Assembly: GCA_000320545.1 (NCBI GenBank)
Contig: ADNK01002144.1
Coordinates: 26,853-90,852 of the forward strand
Reading direction: 5' to 3'
From: Bigelowiella natans CCMP2755
Taxonomy: Eukaryota > Protista > Cercozoa
DNA length: 64,000 nucleotides
Below, one piece after another: positions 1 through 13,700 of the stretch. Made by a program: the position numbers and the translations under genes. The notes below the pieces were generated by a model. The model searched no databases. It was not told the origin of the DNA and worked only from the letters and a program-made list of their open reading frames with translations. Each line of letters starts with the position of its first letter. The first letter of the stretch is position 1.

Positions 1-3000
1 AAATGAATCATGGTCGGATGAGAATATTTGACAAGATACTTGACAATTCTAGATAAATCCTTTGCTTCTTTCACCTGGGCCAAATTAAGTCAAAGGTTTA
101 TATTAAGTGCAAATCAAATGAGCATGCATGCAGTAGATTCGCAAATAACAATCAAGGCACCTTCTCGTTCACAACGATTTGGCCCTTCGCAACTTCCTAA
201 ATAACGTTAGATACTCTATGAAGAAATGTCACTTGACCATCATTTTAGCAAAATAGTTTCACGTAGTAAGAACCCATAAGTGCTTCGCCATAACGGGTCG
301 GATGGGATTATCCGTCAGACACAAGGCTTTTAACTTGCTCGATTTAATCTGTTGAAATACAATTCATCAACAATATGATTTGCAAACTTCAGCACGGAAT
401 CTACCTCTTCAATGATCGTTGTCCATACTGAATTATTCCTAATCTTGTTTGATGCTAGATTTAAGACCTAACCACAGAAAGGCTTCTATAAGACAATCTT
501 TTCCACACAACGTAAAAGAAATGCTACCTTCAGGTCGGAGCGAAATATCAAGCTCCATACGTCAATTTTTTCATTCTAAAAACCGAGTTCAAAATTCAAA
601 TCTTCTCGACAAAATAAAATTTGGTTTGAACTAACAATGCATTCCATCTAGGACAAAAACAGTATAATGTTGATATGTGCAATGTTGGATTACATCTGGA
701 ACAGAAAGCACAGGCTCCCCTTTGATTGCATTCCACGCTATTTGTAACTTCGTCAAACCCTGCACGAAGATTGCAAAGGTGATATTGGAAACTTCTGCAT
801 AAAACAGTGAACTAGAACGTCGTATGACTCACTTCGTTCTCAGCGACTCCAAGGGCAATATGCTTAAATCCTAATGATTAGGTTTCATTAAGTCGAGATG
901 AGATTGTGCTTTACTCAACCATCACCATGATCGCCTAATTGGTTCCATGAAAGATCAAGTTCTTCTAGCTTAGTGTTGACCTAAACAAGAGATACGTCCA
1001 TTAATGAATCAACTTAGTTTGATGTTGAATACGCACCCGAAGAACATCCTTAATAGCAACTGCCCCCTTAGCGGAGATACGGCACCCTCTTAGGTCGAGT
1101 GCCTTATAGACCACAAAAAAGTTAAATCATTAGGAAAGAAGAGTGTATTACACCAAATATCATCAATTACCGTTAAAGAACTATTCTCTTTCAGACCCTC
1201 CATCAGTTCAATGACGGCTAAACAAGATTTTGTCAAATAAGGTCTCATTATCGTCAAGAATTATCTACAACCCACCGAGATCTCCAATTTCGCTGTTTCC
1301 AAGTGAGAGGAACTCTAAATTCTGCGACACCTTTAATGTCATTGCAATGCTGTACCTGCATGCCATGGCTATTAGTAGGAACATCATAATGTAACATCGT
1401 AAGGAGGGCAACATACATTGAGACCACAACTTTAAGTCCCTTTGTTTCCTACTCAACCAATTATTTTTTTAGATATCATAAAGGACTGTTTAGTCAAGAA
1501 TTCCACAACCTTTTTTTGACCAGAATCTCTCGAGGCCTTTGTATTCCATAATTCGTCTATCAACCATTGCTCGCGAAGATACCTATAGGAGTTTTGCCGA
1601 TTAAAACAACCACAGTAAATAGTATCCTAGACAAGATTGAATCACAGTTTTGTACTTGATATTTTTACCATGGATCATTGTATTTGCCTCCGCTTTTAAG
1701 CTGAATCTTCCCACTTTTTCTAAATTCTTCTAGCTGTCATTATTATACAGGCATTCAGTATCTTATGGGCCAGAATCGTGGCAATCTCACCTCTGATGCT
1801 GATAAGTGGATCGCACCGCCCGAAGCAATTTTATTTTCACTAATTGACGGAAATCATATCTTTGCTTGCAAGTATTATGTGGCACGTAGTGAGAACAAAT
1901 ACAAATTTCGTAGCAGAAACAGCAACAATAATAAAGCTTCTTCCTTGTGACATACTTAAAGCTAAGTTTTGAGATGAAATCGTTGCCACGAAGCGCGTGA
2001 GCGATGACTGCACATCCTCTCTGCCTACAGGGAAAGCCCACCAGAATAACATAAAATATATATCCCCACAGTATCTAAAAGAAATGCTTGATACGTAGAG
2101 ATGATGTTTGTACCCGATTTGATTGTCCGATAAGTCGATCGCAGTTAAATTGCTATTCACCTGAAATTTAACTTTAATTTTGTGACTTCAGAAGGTTAGA
2201 GATAACTACTTTTATAGCTTCTGCCAGAGCAACTGCGTGCATATCTTCGATCCCATATCCTTCCTGAAATAAAACCCAATGTAACAATTAGGATTTCAAT
2301 GAATAATGCGGGAGTAAATGTTACCGATCTAACATAGGACATATAAGTTTACACATGTAGTGGACATATGATATCTTTTCAAAGATCTATGTAACATACC
2401 ACATTCAAGGTATCCGTTCGAAGTTGCTTCGCTATCTTAACAGATGGATACACTTGCAGCTCCCTACCAGTAGATGTCGAGATTGTAAACAAGCATCGGA
2501 TTACCATTTTTTTTTACACCCTTTCAACTTACTTGCACTTTTTGGTGTAAGCCACCTGAAAACATAAACAACATTGAGATTTCCTTTATGAGTATGGATG
2601 ACTATCAGCACCTCTCCAGATTCCATGATCTGCTTGAATTCCTTTTGATCTAAAATATTTATCCTCAAAAATCGAACTCATAATGAGGAGAGTGAATACA
2701 TACTGAAGCGTTCTTTAGTTCTGTATAAGGTAGACCTATTCTTTTCCTCCGATTCCCTGTCAAACAATCAGTTCGAAAGCATGCCGTAGACTATAAAATT
2801 AGGCGACTACCGATGCGATAATTCATCCCGCGTTTCCTATGTGTCCGAGATGTGTTTCAGATTGTATCAAATGAGCAACTCTTTTCTTTTACCGCTATCA
2901 CAGTTGCAAAATCACATTGGCCTTTTCCTTTCTCCAGCAACTCTAGCGAGAATCTACCGTGAATACAAACATCAGAGCTTCATCGTCTGTGTTTCTTTTG

Positions 3001-3056
3001 ACATACCTAACTTCGTCCTTCTTCCGAGCCTTCGCATTTTTCGGCGAACTAGACAT
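1..3056 (-). CDS. Multi-exon RNI-like (NLRC3/RanGAP-type) leucine-rich repeat protein; 3' end runs off the window
   Basis: Start MSSSPKNAKARKKDEVR at 3056 followed by a GTATGT donor. Exonic LRR units LTAIDLSDNQIG (~2113-2150), LEFLSLGNSEIGDLG (~1275-1320), TKLEELDLSWNQLGDHGG (~922-978) and LTKLQIAWNAIKGE (~715-758) are separated by ~50-70 bp GT-AG introns. Confidence 0.8.
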
Positions 3057-3360
3057 GCTCCTTGCTTGGTGCAGTTCGGACTCGGTGAACAGGCGTTTCA
3101 AAGGCGCCGCTTGTTTTTGAGAGTGGAGCTCTAGTGATGTAGGTAGGGTTAGTATGATTTTAGATGAGCAACTACTCTTCTTCTGCTACTTCTTAATCTT
3201 CCGCGGCCACCCGTTGTTCTCTTCTCACACTTTTGAGTTTTTCTTCTCTTTGAGTAGATCCAGTGAAGTTGATGAAGTCCTCGTCGTATCGGTTTCGGTT
3301 ATGTACGGTTCAGTGTGTAGTTACGACAATATTTTGTGAAAAGACTACCAGGAGAAGGTA

Positions 3361-3391
<31 letters not shown>

Positions 3392-3565
3392 CTTTTCCAT
3401 CACAATTATTGATCAGAGATATTATTGGAGCAGAGAGGGACAACTGATCATCTGTTGTTGCGGTATCAACAACAATCACTATCATCCAGTTTTAGGCCAC
3501 AAATTCTTTGCTGAACTTCAACAGTTTAGCAAAAATATTTCTGTTGAATCAGTATATAATATCTG

Positions 3566-6500
3566 ATGGAACTTGGAGAAATCCCACAACAACAACAACA
3601 ACAACAACCACAATCACGACCACAAACTCCAAAGAGAGGAGCCCACCCATTAGATCCTACTGAGTGCTTGTGCGGAGGGAGAGAGAAGCTAAACGGAATG
3701 GCGTCGATCCTTGACGATGAGATGCAAGGTAGCCATGCCAAACCTACAGAGGAGCAAGAAGCTGCATGGTTTTCCGGACTGATCTATGACCAGTTGGGTC
3801 CAAGGGAGGGCTGTTGCCTTCCCAGATTTATAGCGGAGGTTTGGAATCTTCTTCTTCAAGGCTACCTATTCACCAACTAATGAGTGTATTTTTCGTCTCA
3901 GAACAAAAGCGAATATTTGCGTGTTCGGAATACAATTTTGAAAGAGTGGTATCGCAACCCTTTCAGCTATCTCTCCCTTGAGACTGCCACGAAGGTGACA
4001 AAAATCATTAAACGCTACTTGCTCAGTTTGACAGCGTTTTACTTTTTGTATAATCTTGGTAGACATTGGGAGAAAAGGATAAGAACATTGCTCAAGCCGT
4101 TTTTGAATTCCTTAAGAACTATGGATACATCAACGCTGGGGTGTTAACCAATCAACCTGGATTCGGCCAACTCAATACTAGCAATCCACATAAGAAAAGA
4201 ATTATTGTAATCGGTGCTGGAATGAGTGGGCTAACAGCAGCGCGTCAACTTCAGGTGCTGACCTAAGAAATAACTATTCAAAAATTGTGTAGGTGTTGAT
4301 GTGGTCCTATTTTCCAGTCTTTCGGCCACGATGTTGTTGTGATAGAAGCACGAGATCGTCTCGGGGGACGCGTCAACACCGATACCAAGACATTCAATAG
4401 TCCTGTCGATATGGGCGCTTCAATCATTACAGGATTGACAGGAAACCCTATCGGTGTAGTCACGAAACAGATAGAGACTAAAGTCCATAAAATCGGGAAC
4501 AAATGCCCTCTTTTCCTTCCAGACGGCAAGGTATGAAAAGTACTGGTGCGAGCTTCTTCAATGACATGAGAAACGATATTTTCGAATGTTTTCGAATGTT
4601 ATCTGTATAGGAATTAACAGGTGAGATGGACGAACTACTCTTCGAAAAATTCAATATGTTAGAGCAACATGCACTCAAAACGGCGAAGGAATTAAGGGCT
4701 AATAATGATTCCAACCTGGACAAGATGGGCCTCTGTAAATATAAACTGATAAAAATACAATTTATCTAGCGCGAATTGTAATGGAATGCTGATTCTTCTC
4801 TGATTTATATTCAGTGGATACAATGAGAGAAGCACAGGAACATGACATGGAGGAGATAGAAAAGCAAGTGATAAATTGGCATATCACTAATCTCGAATAC
4901 GGATGCGCCACAAATCTCAAGTAATAACATTAACCCACCACCACCACCACCACCACCACCACTAGCTGCACACTTTCGCCATTATCTGCACGTGATACTC
5001 CTTGCGAATGCTATGCGCAGTAGACTACATGATTACCAAAAATGAAAGACCTGGTGCAAACAGTTGATGCAGACAAACAAGGGCAATGATGTTAATGTTG
5101 TATGCTTGATGCTGCTTCTCTCTTGTTAAACAAAGAAATCTGTCGTTGGAGCACTGGAACCAAGACGACCCGTATGGATTTCAAGGCACTCATCTCTTCT
5201 TAAAAGAGGGCTACAGCACCATCATCGAGAAGCTTGCAGAAGGCCTCAATATTAAGCTATCCCATCAAGTCCAAAGAATCAATTATATGGGTGCCAAAGG
5301 TGTCTCAGTAGAATGCAGCACAGTTAGCAAAGAAGGTCAGTGTAGTACATCAGCACACGTGTAATGTTGTTAGCGATTTTCTGAGTGAATAGAAATCGAG
5401 AAGTGCTATAGCGTCATTCTTATTTCGGGGCATTCGTTTTCACATATTGAAAATTGATATCAGGCAAAGATGGAAAAGAGTCATCAGCATCAACATCTGT
5501 TATTGAGGAAGGAGATATGGTGCTAGTCACCGTGTCCTTAGGAGTTCTAAAAAGTAAAATGATCCGATTCAGTCCCTCGCTGCCTACGTGGAAACAGATA
5601 GCTATAGATCGCCTTGGATTCGGGCTGATAAATAAACTAGTGTTGGAATGGAAAGACGAGGACATCTTTTGGTACCACATAATAGTTTCCTTTTTTCTCT
5701 TTGTGATTAAAACAATTACTGTTGTTATTCGGCGACGGTATTATTTATCGATACTTGCCATCGAGTTCATTTTTATTGATCGTTACATTACATGTGATAA
5801 TGTCCATAAAGGCGCAATGAAGACATGTTCGGCCACGTGAAAGAGGATGAAGAGCTTAGGGGAAATAATTACATGTTCTGGAATCTCAAGAATGTCAGTA
5901 GAAACAAGCACATTCTCTTATATACAACAAAATACGATTGAAATCACAGCATCATCATTAACAACACTTCTTCTTCTTCTTCTTCTTCTTCTTCCTCTCC
6001 TACCATATATCCACAGGTGACAGATAAGCCCATCCTGGTGTCCATCTTCGCTGGAGATGCGGCTGTCAAGTTGGAAGAAACGCCATTGGAGCAACTTGTT
6101 GCTGAAGCTATGACTTATCTGCGCAGGATATATGGGAGTGATACACCTGAACCTATCCGAACCTTTAAGACTGGCTGGAAGAACGACCCCTTTGCTCGAG
6201 GCACCTACTCTTACGTCGGCATTGGTGCATCTGGAAAGGACTATGACTCACTTGCCCGTCCGGTCAAGGGCCGATTGTTCTTTGCTGGTGAGGCAACTTG
6301 CAGACTCTATCCAGCTACGGTGCCTGGTGCACATGCTAGTGGGCTGTTCGCCGCAGGGCAAATAGCAGACGCTGCAAACCCTATCAAACATGACCTGTTT
6401 AAGGCCAGCACCGATTCCATTATTAAAAGCTTAGGGAAGGAAAACTTTATGAAAAATGGCATCCGGTACCGAAGGGGTGTTCGAAAATATGTTTCCCAGC

Positions 6501-7528
6501 AGCCACAAAATCATCAACATCTCTACAAGAATAAGGGGAAAGCAGATGGCAATGCATCAACGCACGCCAATTCTAATTTGGCCTCCTCCTCATCATCATT
6601 ATTATCAGCATCTTCATCATCGTTGCTATTCAAAAGAGAGATACCTTACTCCAAAAGTGACCATGGTTCTTTCGTCCTCAACCTGATGGAAGGAAACCTC
6701 GAGAATACAATACTCGGAGGAGATAACAACAAAAACGATGATAAATTAAAAGATGCTGCAGGAGGAGTCAACACAGACCGTGCCGTCACGGGTAATAGTA
6801 CGCATAAAATTTGATTCCTTATATTTAAACTGATGTATTTTATGGTAGGAGTGCAACAAGGAGAAAATGCTCTGAAAGAAAATCCCAGCTACGTATTAGA
6901 TTTGCTTAAAAAATCTTCAAGAGATATCAAACAACGGAAAAAGACCATTAAAGCTCTAGGAAAGACGACGCCGTACAAAAGTCGGAAGAGAGGTTGGTGA
7001 AATCCCTAACTTAACGATTCAGCAGTTGTTTGAAGTTTTAATTGACGGTAATCAGACGAGTTGGACGATGACGGCATTGTCGATATGACTGACATGCTGT
7101 TATCAAATAAAACGAAGAGGCGCCGCTACGAAGAACAGTCGCGTCAACGTCTAAAGAAAAAGATACAAATGAAACTCCTCAAAAAGGAAAGGAAGATGAA
7201 AAAAAGAGGCACGGAAGAAACTGGGCAAGATGCACTCAAAAAGTCGAAAAATAAGTTTGAACAAGATAAAAGCAGCACTCCGGAAGACGTTAGCTTATGT
7301 ATTCGAAATCATATCCAGAAAGTTCTTCAAAAATACGCGCAGAAATTTCACCTTCCAATGAATTTTCAAGACGAAATACTTGAAAAGTCATTTGATAAGG
7401 TGATAAAGGATTGGAACTCCAAGGAAAGGACTCGAAGCGTCAAAGTATGGATGCGAAACGAGAAACGGAAGAAAAGCCTCAAGAGTCTTGTGTCAAAATA
7501 CACTCGAAGATACGCGAAAGTCAAATAA
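3566..7528 (+). CDS. Lysine-specific histone demethylase 1-like protein (SWIRM + FAD amine oxidase, no Tower), with Lys-rich C-terminal SRI-like helical domain; about 11 exons
   Basis: SWIRM-like YLRVRNTILKEW...FEFLKNYGYINAG; FAD motif IIVIGAGMSGLTAARQL; IEARDRLGGRV, DMGASIITG, WHITNLEYGCA, GFGLINKLVL (catalytic Lys position), WKNDPFARGTYSY, LFFAGEAT..YPATVPGAHASG; canonical introns between the ORF fragments. Confidence 0.92.
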
Positions 7529-8240
7529 TCCAGCTCCTCCAATTCATCATGGCCGATTGGCAACATTAAGTACACCAGTTTGTTATTAGTTTCCCACAAC
7601 AAATGGTTTGCATCCTGCAATGCTGAATCCAGAAATACGCATGTAGATATGCTCAGCATGGATGGATTGAGCTAACTAGCTAAGCTGAAATGTAGCATCA
7701 TCGTCGTCAAAATTAGTTCCAAAACACATGAATCACGTGCAGCAAGCTAGGAACAAGGCGTCAGTGAGATTTGCATGACACTGAATGACAAATGAGTTAC
7801 ATGTGCGTGGTGCTGCCATGTTGCAATGACGATGAATGTCCATCGGCCACACATGCATCGCATGCATGTCACACAGCACACCCTAGCATGTGACACGGTG
7901 GGGAACCATGCCACACATGTCTACAGGTAGATGGGGTAGCCAAACGAATGGCATGCTAGCATGCACGAAGATCCAACGGATCGGTAGCGCGTCCCATGGC
8001 ATTTAGTTGTGCGCTGTGCTGCTTGCTGCCTGTGTGATGGACATGAAAGAGTTTTGGGTTATGACATATTGAACTTCACATTTACAAACTACATCGTACG
8101 CATGGACCGGTATCACTTTAGACACAAAATAGGCGTCTGGGTACTGTAGTTGTATAGCAAATTGTCACCATAGCATTCTAGCATTGTTGTTTTCTGCAAC
8201 CATAACCATCCTCATCATTATTTTTCTTTTTCATTATATA

Positions 8241-10040
8241 TCATGCATTTGCATCCTTAAAACCGCATTCTTCAAGATTTTTGTAGCTTTTACGCTTCAT
8301 CAATAACGCGCACTGCGCTAGTCCAGCAAGATAAGACATGGCTGCACACTGGAACTTATCAAGCGATTTTGGGGAATCATCCCAAACGCATATCGTACCC
8401 ACGCAACATTTGTTACCCTTCTCATCATCTACTTGGATAGGAACACCGGCATAGAATCGGACATTATTTCTAGTAACCATTGGGCAATCCGCGAACCGAG
8501 GATCTTTGGTTGCGTCATTCACCACAAAAATTGTGTCTGGGTAGAGAATAGTGTGGGAGCAGAAACTTATGTCACGGGGACTCTCTCGCACTTTTCCGGT
8601 ACCGATTGCCGCCTTGAAAAAGAGCTTTTCTTTTCCCACCAGATTCAACGCTCCAAAACTGGTTTTGCACAGATTAATTGCCAGGCCGACAATGTTATCA
8701 AAAACCTCTTCTGGACTTCGGTCAAGATTGAAGTTTCTCAAGCATGCCAGCCGCTCCTGCTCATTGTGTGCATATGCGGGCGGACGAAATAGAGGCTTAT
8801 TTCTCGGGTCGGGTGACTCCAAGTCAAGTTTTGGATTGCGTATAGCTAGTTTGGGCACCGGGAGTTCTTTGTGTGTTAATGCAACCCTCTTCTTAATATC
8901 TTCTCGCTTCTTCACTGACGACGAACATGAATCTGAAGATAGTGAATCCGACGACGGCCCTCCTAAATCGACTTCTCTTGTTCGATTTTGCTGTTCCTCT
9001 ACCTCGCAAGCAGAACGGATAGCTGCTGCAGCAGCCATCAGTGCTTCAACAAGCTCTGGGGTCCTCCCTAGGTCGCTTCCGCTTACGGAATCTAGGTGTG
9101 ATATCATACCAGGTATTGATAGAAGTTGACTACTGCTGCTTGTATTATGGTGACTATTATGATGTTCTTGTGAGGAGGAACTCGAGTGGTAGCAGCTTTG
9201 CATGTCCTTCCAGCTCCGTTTTTTGGAGTTATTTAACACTTTGCTGGATGCTGAAATCGCTTTCGGCCCTCTGCTAATGCTGGGTTTTCCTTCTTCAATC
9301 TCTTTGTTTTCCTCCCTTTTGTTTCTCGGGATTTTGAACTGCGGGATATTAGGGGCCAGCATGTGCGATCTGCTCCTCCTTACCACAAGTGACGGCGTTA
9401 GAAAAACCTGCACAATCGAATCGTTGATATCTTACTTTAATGAACTATATAAACATTACGAGCAGCTGAAATATGTGGGAGTTTGTAGGTTTTGTTTGAA
9501 AAGGAAGAGGATATACTTCGTGAAGTCCCGAAATGGTAAGCATACCTGTTGGGCAATCTCGATTTGTTTTGAGGTTTGGCACATCACGATTTCGGCAATT
9601 GTCTTACATTTGAAGCACATGAGACACCTTTACACAAAAATAATCACACCATAAGGTTATTTTCTTCACTGTGCTTTTGCGCTCACGTTGCTGTGTGCCT
9701 GTCTTCTCCAATCTTCCATGACACATTCCCTGCAATAACCATTCCTATTGACGCATGCTGTTAGATTAAGTTCCGTCTCGCCAAAACAAAGTTGGAAGAA
9801 CTTGGATTTTTCCAAAATTTGTCACCTTCAAAATGCTGGTGCAGTGCCGGAGATACTTCGACTAGGAAAGTTACCACTCCGAATCTCCTCAACGGCGGAG
9901 TTCCGAATCCCTCACGAACAACTCCGCGAATAAGAGTTTTCATTTTTTTTCGCGATCCATCTGATATATGCGATGCTCAATGGGCGCAGATGTACTTAGA
10001 TTGTGGAATTTATTTGTGTACCTGAGGAGGCCTGGAACAT
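8241..10040 (-). CDS. Protein with disordered Ser-rich middle and C-terminal bacterial-type GAF domain; 5' exons uncertain
   Basis: Last exon (ORF 8241-9413) has NEQERLACL, FDNIVGLA, SFCSHTI, DATKDPRFADCPMV, RFYAGVPI, GTICVWDDSP. Small upstream exons with GT-AG boundaries extend to about 10040; an alternative start near 10187 is possible. Confidence 0.8.
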
Positions 10041-10710
10041 TTTTCTTCCACTCCCTCCTCTCCACTTCGTACTCGAATCTTTTAGGAGTTCTCTTCCTTC
10101 AGGGAGCGAGAAGGCCGATAATGGACCTATTATTGTTGCCGTAATATCAAAAAGGAATACGATTTTTCCAATTTCCCTTGCAGTCATGCCAAATGATCGA
10201 ATTGTTGAGAATTCAGCCTGTAAACTACCAGAGACTAGACCGACGAGCGAGAGACCATAAAAACTATTTTTGTAAGAGTTCCATTTATCTTGCTACGACA
10301 TTGGATGTGCCATGTCGGAGCATGTATAAGAAAGGAAAATTCCAACCAGAACAACTTTTAGCTTGTTTTCATTGGAATTCACTTCTGCGACAGGGCTTAA
10401 AGAGAAGGAAATTTGCGATTCAAATTTGCGGCAGCCGGAGTAATCGCAGCATGGGAGAAAGACCGAATATATTTCAATTTCATGAAAATTGATTTAGATT
10501 ATTGAGTGAGACAGGGAGTAAACCTCATTTGGTAAGAAAATACCTCATCTACGCACTGTGGGTTCGTAGGCTGCCATCCCAAATTTAGGACAGAGGAAGA
10601 AGATCGAAGACACCAACAAGGATACATCAAGTCAGTTATCACCTTTTTCAGAGACTATTTCTTGAACAAATTCGACGAACTCCTGATCTTGATTCCCCCC
10701 AGTTTGACAT

Positions 10711-13700
10711 ATGGCGGAAAATGGAGAACCAAAAATAAACATTGCAAGTAGCGGAGATGCGAAGGCGAAATCCCTTGAGGTATTATTTACTTATTCTGAT
10801 TAATGATCTTTCGCCTAAACAAGCCACTTTTCAGGATGCCTTTGCTGAGCTTCGACTGTCGTACTCGAGCGTTGGAGATGACATTGGACAAATGTAACTA
10901 ACAGGAATGTTTTTATTTCCCTATTTTAAAAATGACACATTCTTTTGTTGGAAGGTATGTTGTACACGGAGATTCCGTACTTCTTGATGTCCTATCGCAC
11001 CCACTCTTGGATTGGTCAAGGGGAGGACAGATTTTACAATTTTTCTACCAGGTTGATAGATGTTTGATCAGTCCCTTCTTCATCCATGTAATTAATAAGT
11101 TGAACTTTCAGGCTGAGTGCACTCTGAAAAAATTTGCGCATCGCGGCCGTATATTTAAGGTAAATTACTATTTTACGTGCCGTTCATATTTTCATGACTC
11201 CCTGTTCAAATGCTAGGTCGTGTTCTTCGATTCCTTCGCGGGGATATGGACAGACCCAGCAATGCAGTTTTGCCGGGAAATGCTTATAGAACATCTGAAA
11301 TGCGAGTAATACTGTCTCTGGATTGAGCGAGTCCTTTGAATTTAATATTTTGTTCTTTGTTGCAGGACCAAAATTGCTGTCGAAAGATTTGCCAGCTGGG
11401 AATGTGACGAATGGAATACATTCTTGAGTTTCACACGCCCTTCATTCACGGTGTTGATGAATCCTACGAGCGGATCTTTGGCATCGGCAAAACATGCGAG
11501 CATATCAGACCCATCGAAATTATTACAAAAGATGATCCTGGATCTCATTGCGAAACAGATCATAGACTGTGTGTCCATGAGCGAGGTTTCCATGAAAAGT
11601 AGCAGCATGTTTGGTTTCCGATTTGTAGCTCCCCGCGAAATCCAAAATGAGGCAGCGGTAGTTACTTACTCCGCTGACGTCAAGGAATCTTACCTCGGAC
11701 ATGAAGGAAAGATTGACACGGCTTTGGTAAAGAAAATTTCAGCCTTGAAAATTGATCGTGACTTCAGCAGCTATGGCGTCTACCTTTACTTAATGATTTG
11801 TCTGCTACGTCGAAAGAATTCGGACATACGAGCATCCCTCGCGAAGAACTTCTTGTTGCATTCTTTTGCATCTAGATGTCTACCGTTAAAGGCACGTGCT
11901 CAGAAACTTCCTTCAGCCGAGGATATGGCTACAGTGTCAGACTTCACGAAGGAAATTTTCCAACTCATGGCAGAGCAAGGCCTTACCGAGTTCATTCAGG
12001 CTTTCAAATGGAGCGGATTGTGTAGATGCGATTTCTTAGATGCACGGCTATTCCAGAAAGTAGCATTATTGACTTCCAAGAGCTATTTCAAGAAGGTGAA
12101 GGAGCTGGGTCTCCCTCCCAAAATGGAATCAGCGATCGAGAATTTGTGGAGATTTGTGGCAACAGAGGCGAAACTGCGTAAAGACAATGTATCTTTTATG
12201 CCCGTATGGAAGAAAGGCTGCTTCGGAAAATTAAAGGAGTTCACGGATAAGGAGTCCGAACAGGTGCAAAACCTCATTCGTGAATCGGACAGCATTACTG
12301 TCACTGCTTTGAAGATCCAAAAGGATACTCCTTTGAAAGAGGCGTCGAACGAAAAAGATGCGGATACAAAGGACCAAAAGGAAATTGTCGAAGCACCTGA
12401 AGAGGATTGGGATGCTGAAGAGGTAGAAGAATGGGATGCTGAAGATGACGCTGGAGATGATAATTGGGAAGCCGAAGCCGATGGCAATCAAGGTGCGAAG
12501 GAAAATACTGATGCACCTGATCTCTCTGAGCGAAGCACAGACAACAAAGCTAGTATAACGAAGGGCGTAAGCCTTGATAGAAAAGTTGATATAAACCTGA
12601 ATAGAAAAGCGGTATCAGGCGTCCGAGTCGCGAAACTTGCTGACTCAAAGATGCTACCAATTTTCGTCGGAGACATTGAAAGTACGCTTGAACAGCGTAA
12701 GGTGCTCTCAACTGAGCTCGCTGCAGCGAAGTTTGTGAGGGATGGATCGTGGCTACTTGATAAGGAAATAGATGATGGCACGAACCCCCCCCCAGACCCA
12801 GAGCCGCAGACTAAATATGAAAGGAAAAAAATGATCAGAGCGAAGGGGAAATATATCGCATACTTAGACAAATATGCCAAGAGTTTGAAGGGCGGGGGAA
12901 TAATATATCGTGACGTTGTGGTTTCCCAAAAAAGTGAAGTAAAATCAAAAGATCAAAACAAAGGAAAGCATGTAGGTGGAAAGGGAAAGGGAAAAGGAAA
13001 GGCGAAGAAAAGCGGAGGCAGCAAAAAGTTATCAATGAGGGAGAAAATCCGAATGGATGTTGAAAAAAAGCAAAGAGAAAAGGCTTTAGAAAATGTAAAA
13101 GTATTCATTAAGCATGCTTCTTCAATGAAGACCCTTGAGAAACGGATCGAGACTCTAGATAATTCATTAGTATCTCTATCGGAACCATATGCTGTGGTTC
13201 CTGGACTAATGCAGCTTCTGGATTGGTGCGTCGAATATTGGAAGGTAGAAAAAGCTAAAGGTAGCATGACAGCTGCAGTCAGGCTTTTCCAAATGGTCAT
13301 GGATATTTTCCGGCGTTTCAAGAATGACATTAGCGTGGATCAGCTGAAGGAACTTCAATCAGTTCTACTTCGCCTTGGGTTTCAGGAAGCAGCCTCTTTG
13401 CTTGTGGATCAATTTATAAAGGCAAGACCGGAAAGACTGTCTCGAAAGGATCTTCTCGTTGCCATGCCGAAGACAAAAGAACTGTCTGTTGGTATCCCTT
13501 CCTACAGATTCCAGCTGATGTATGCTGGTCATCTGATGGTCCGTAATGTAGACTCAGCTCCTGACGATCGCGTCAGTGGTTTCTATCCTGATAAGTGGCA
13601 GCGAAATTTGCTTGATGTAGTGGACCGAAAGGAGAGTGCTCTCGTTGTTGCCCCTACCTCTTCGGGGAAAACATTCGTGAGTTACTACGCAATGAAGCAG

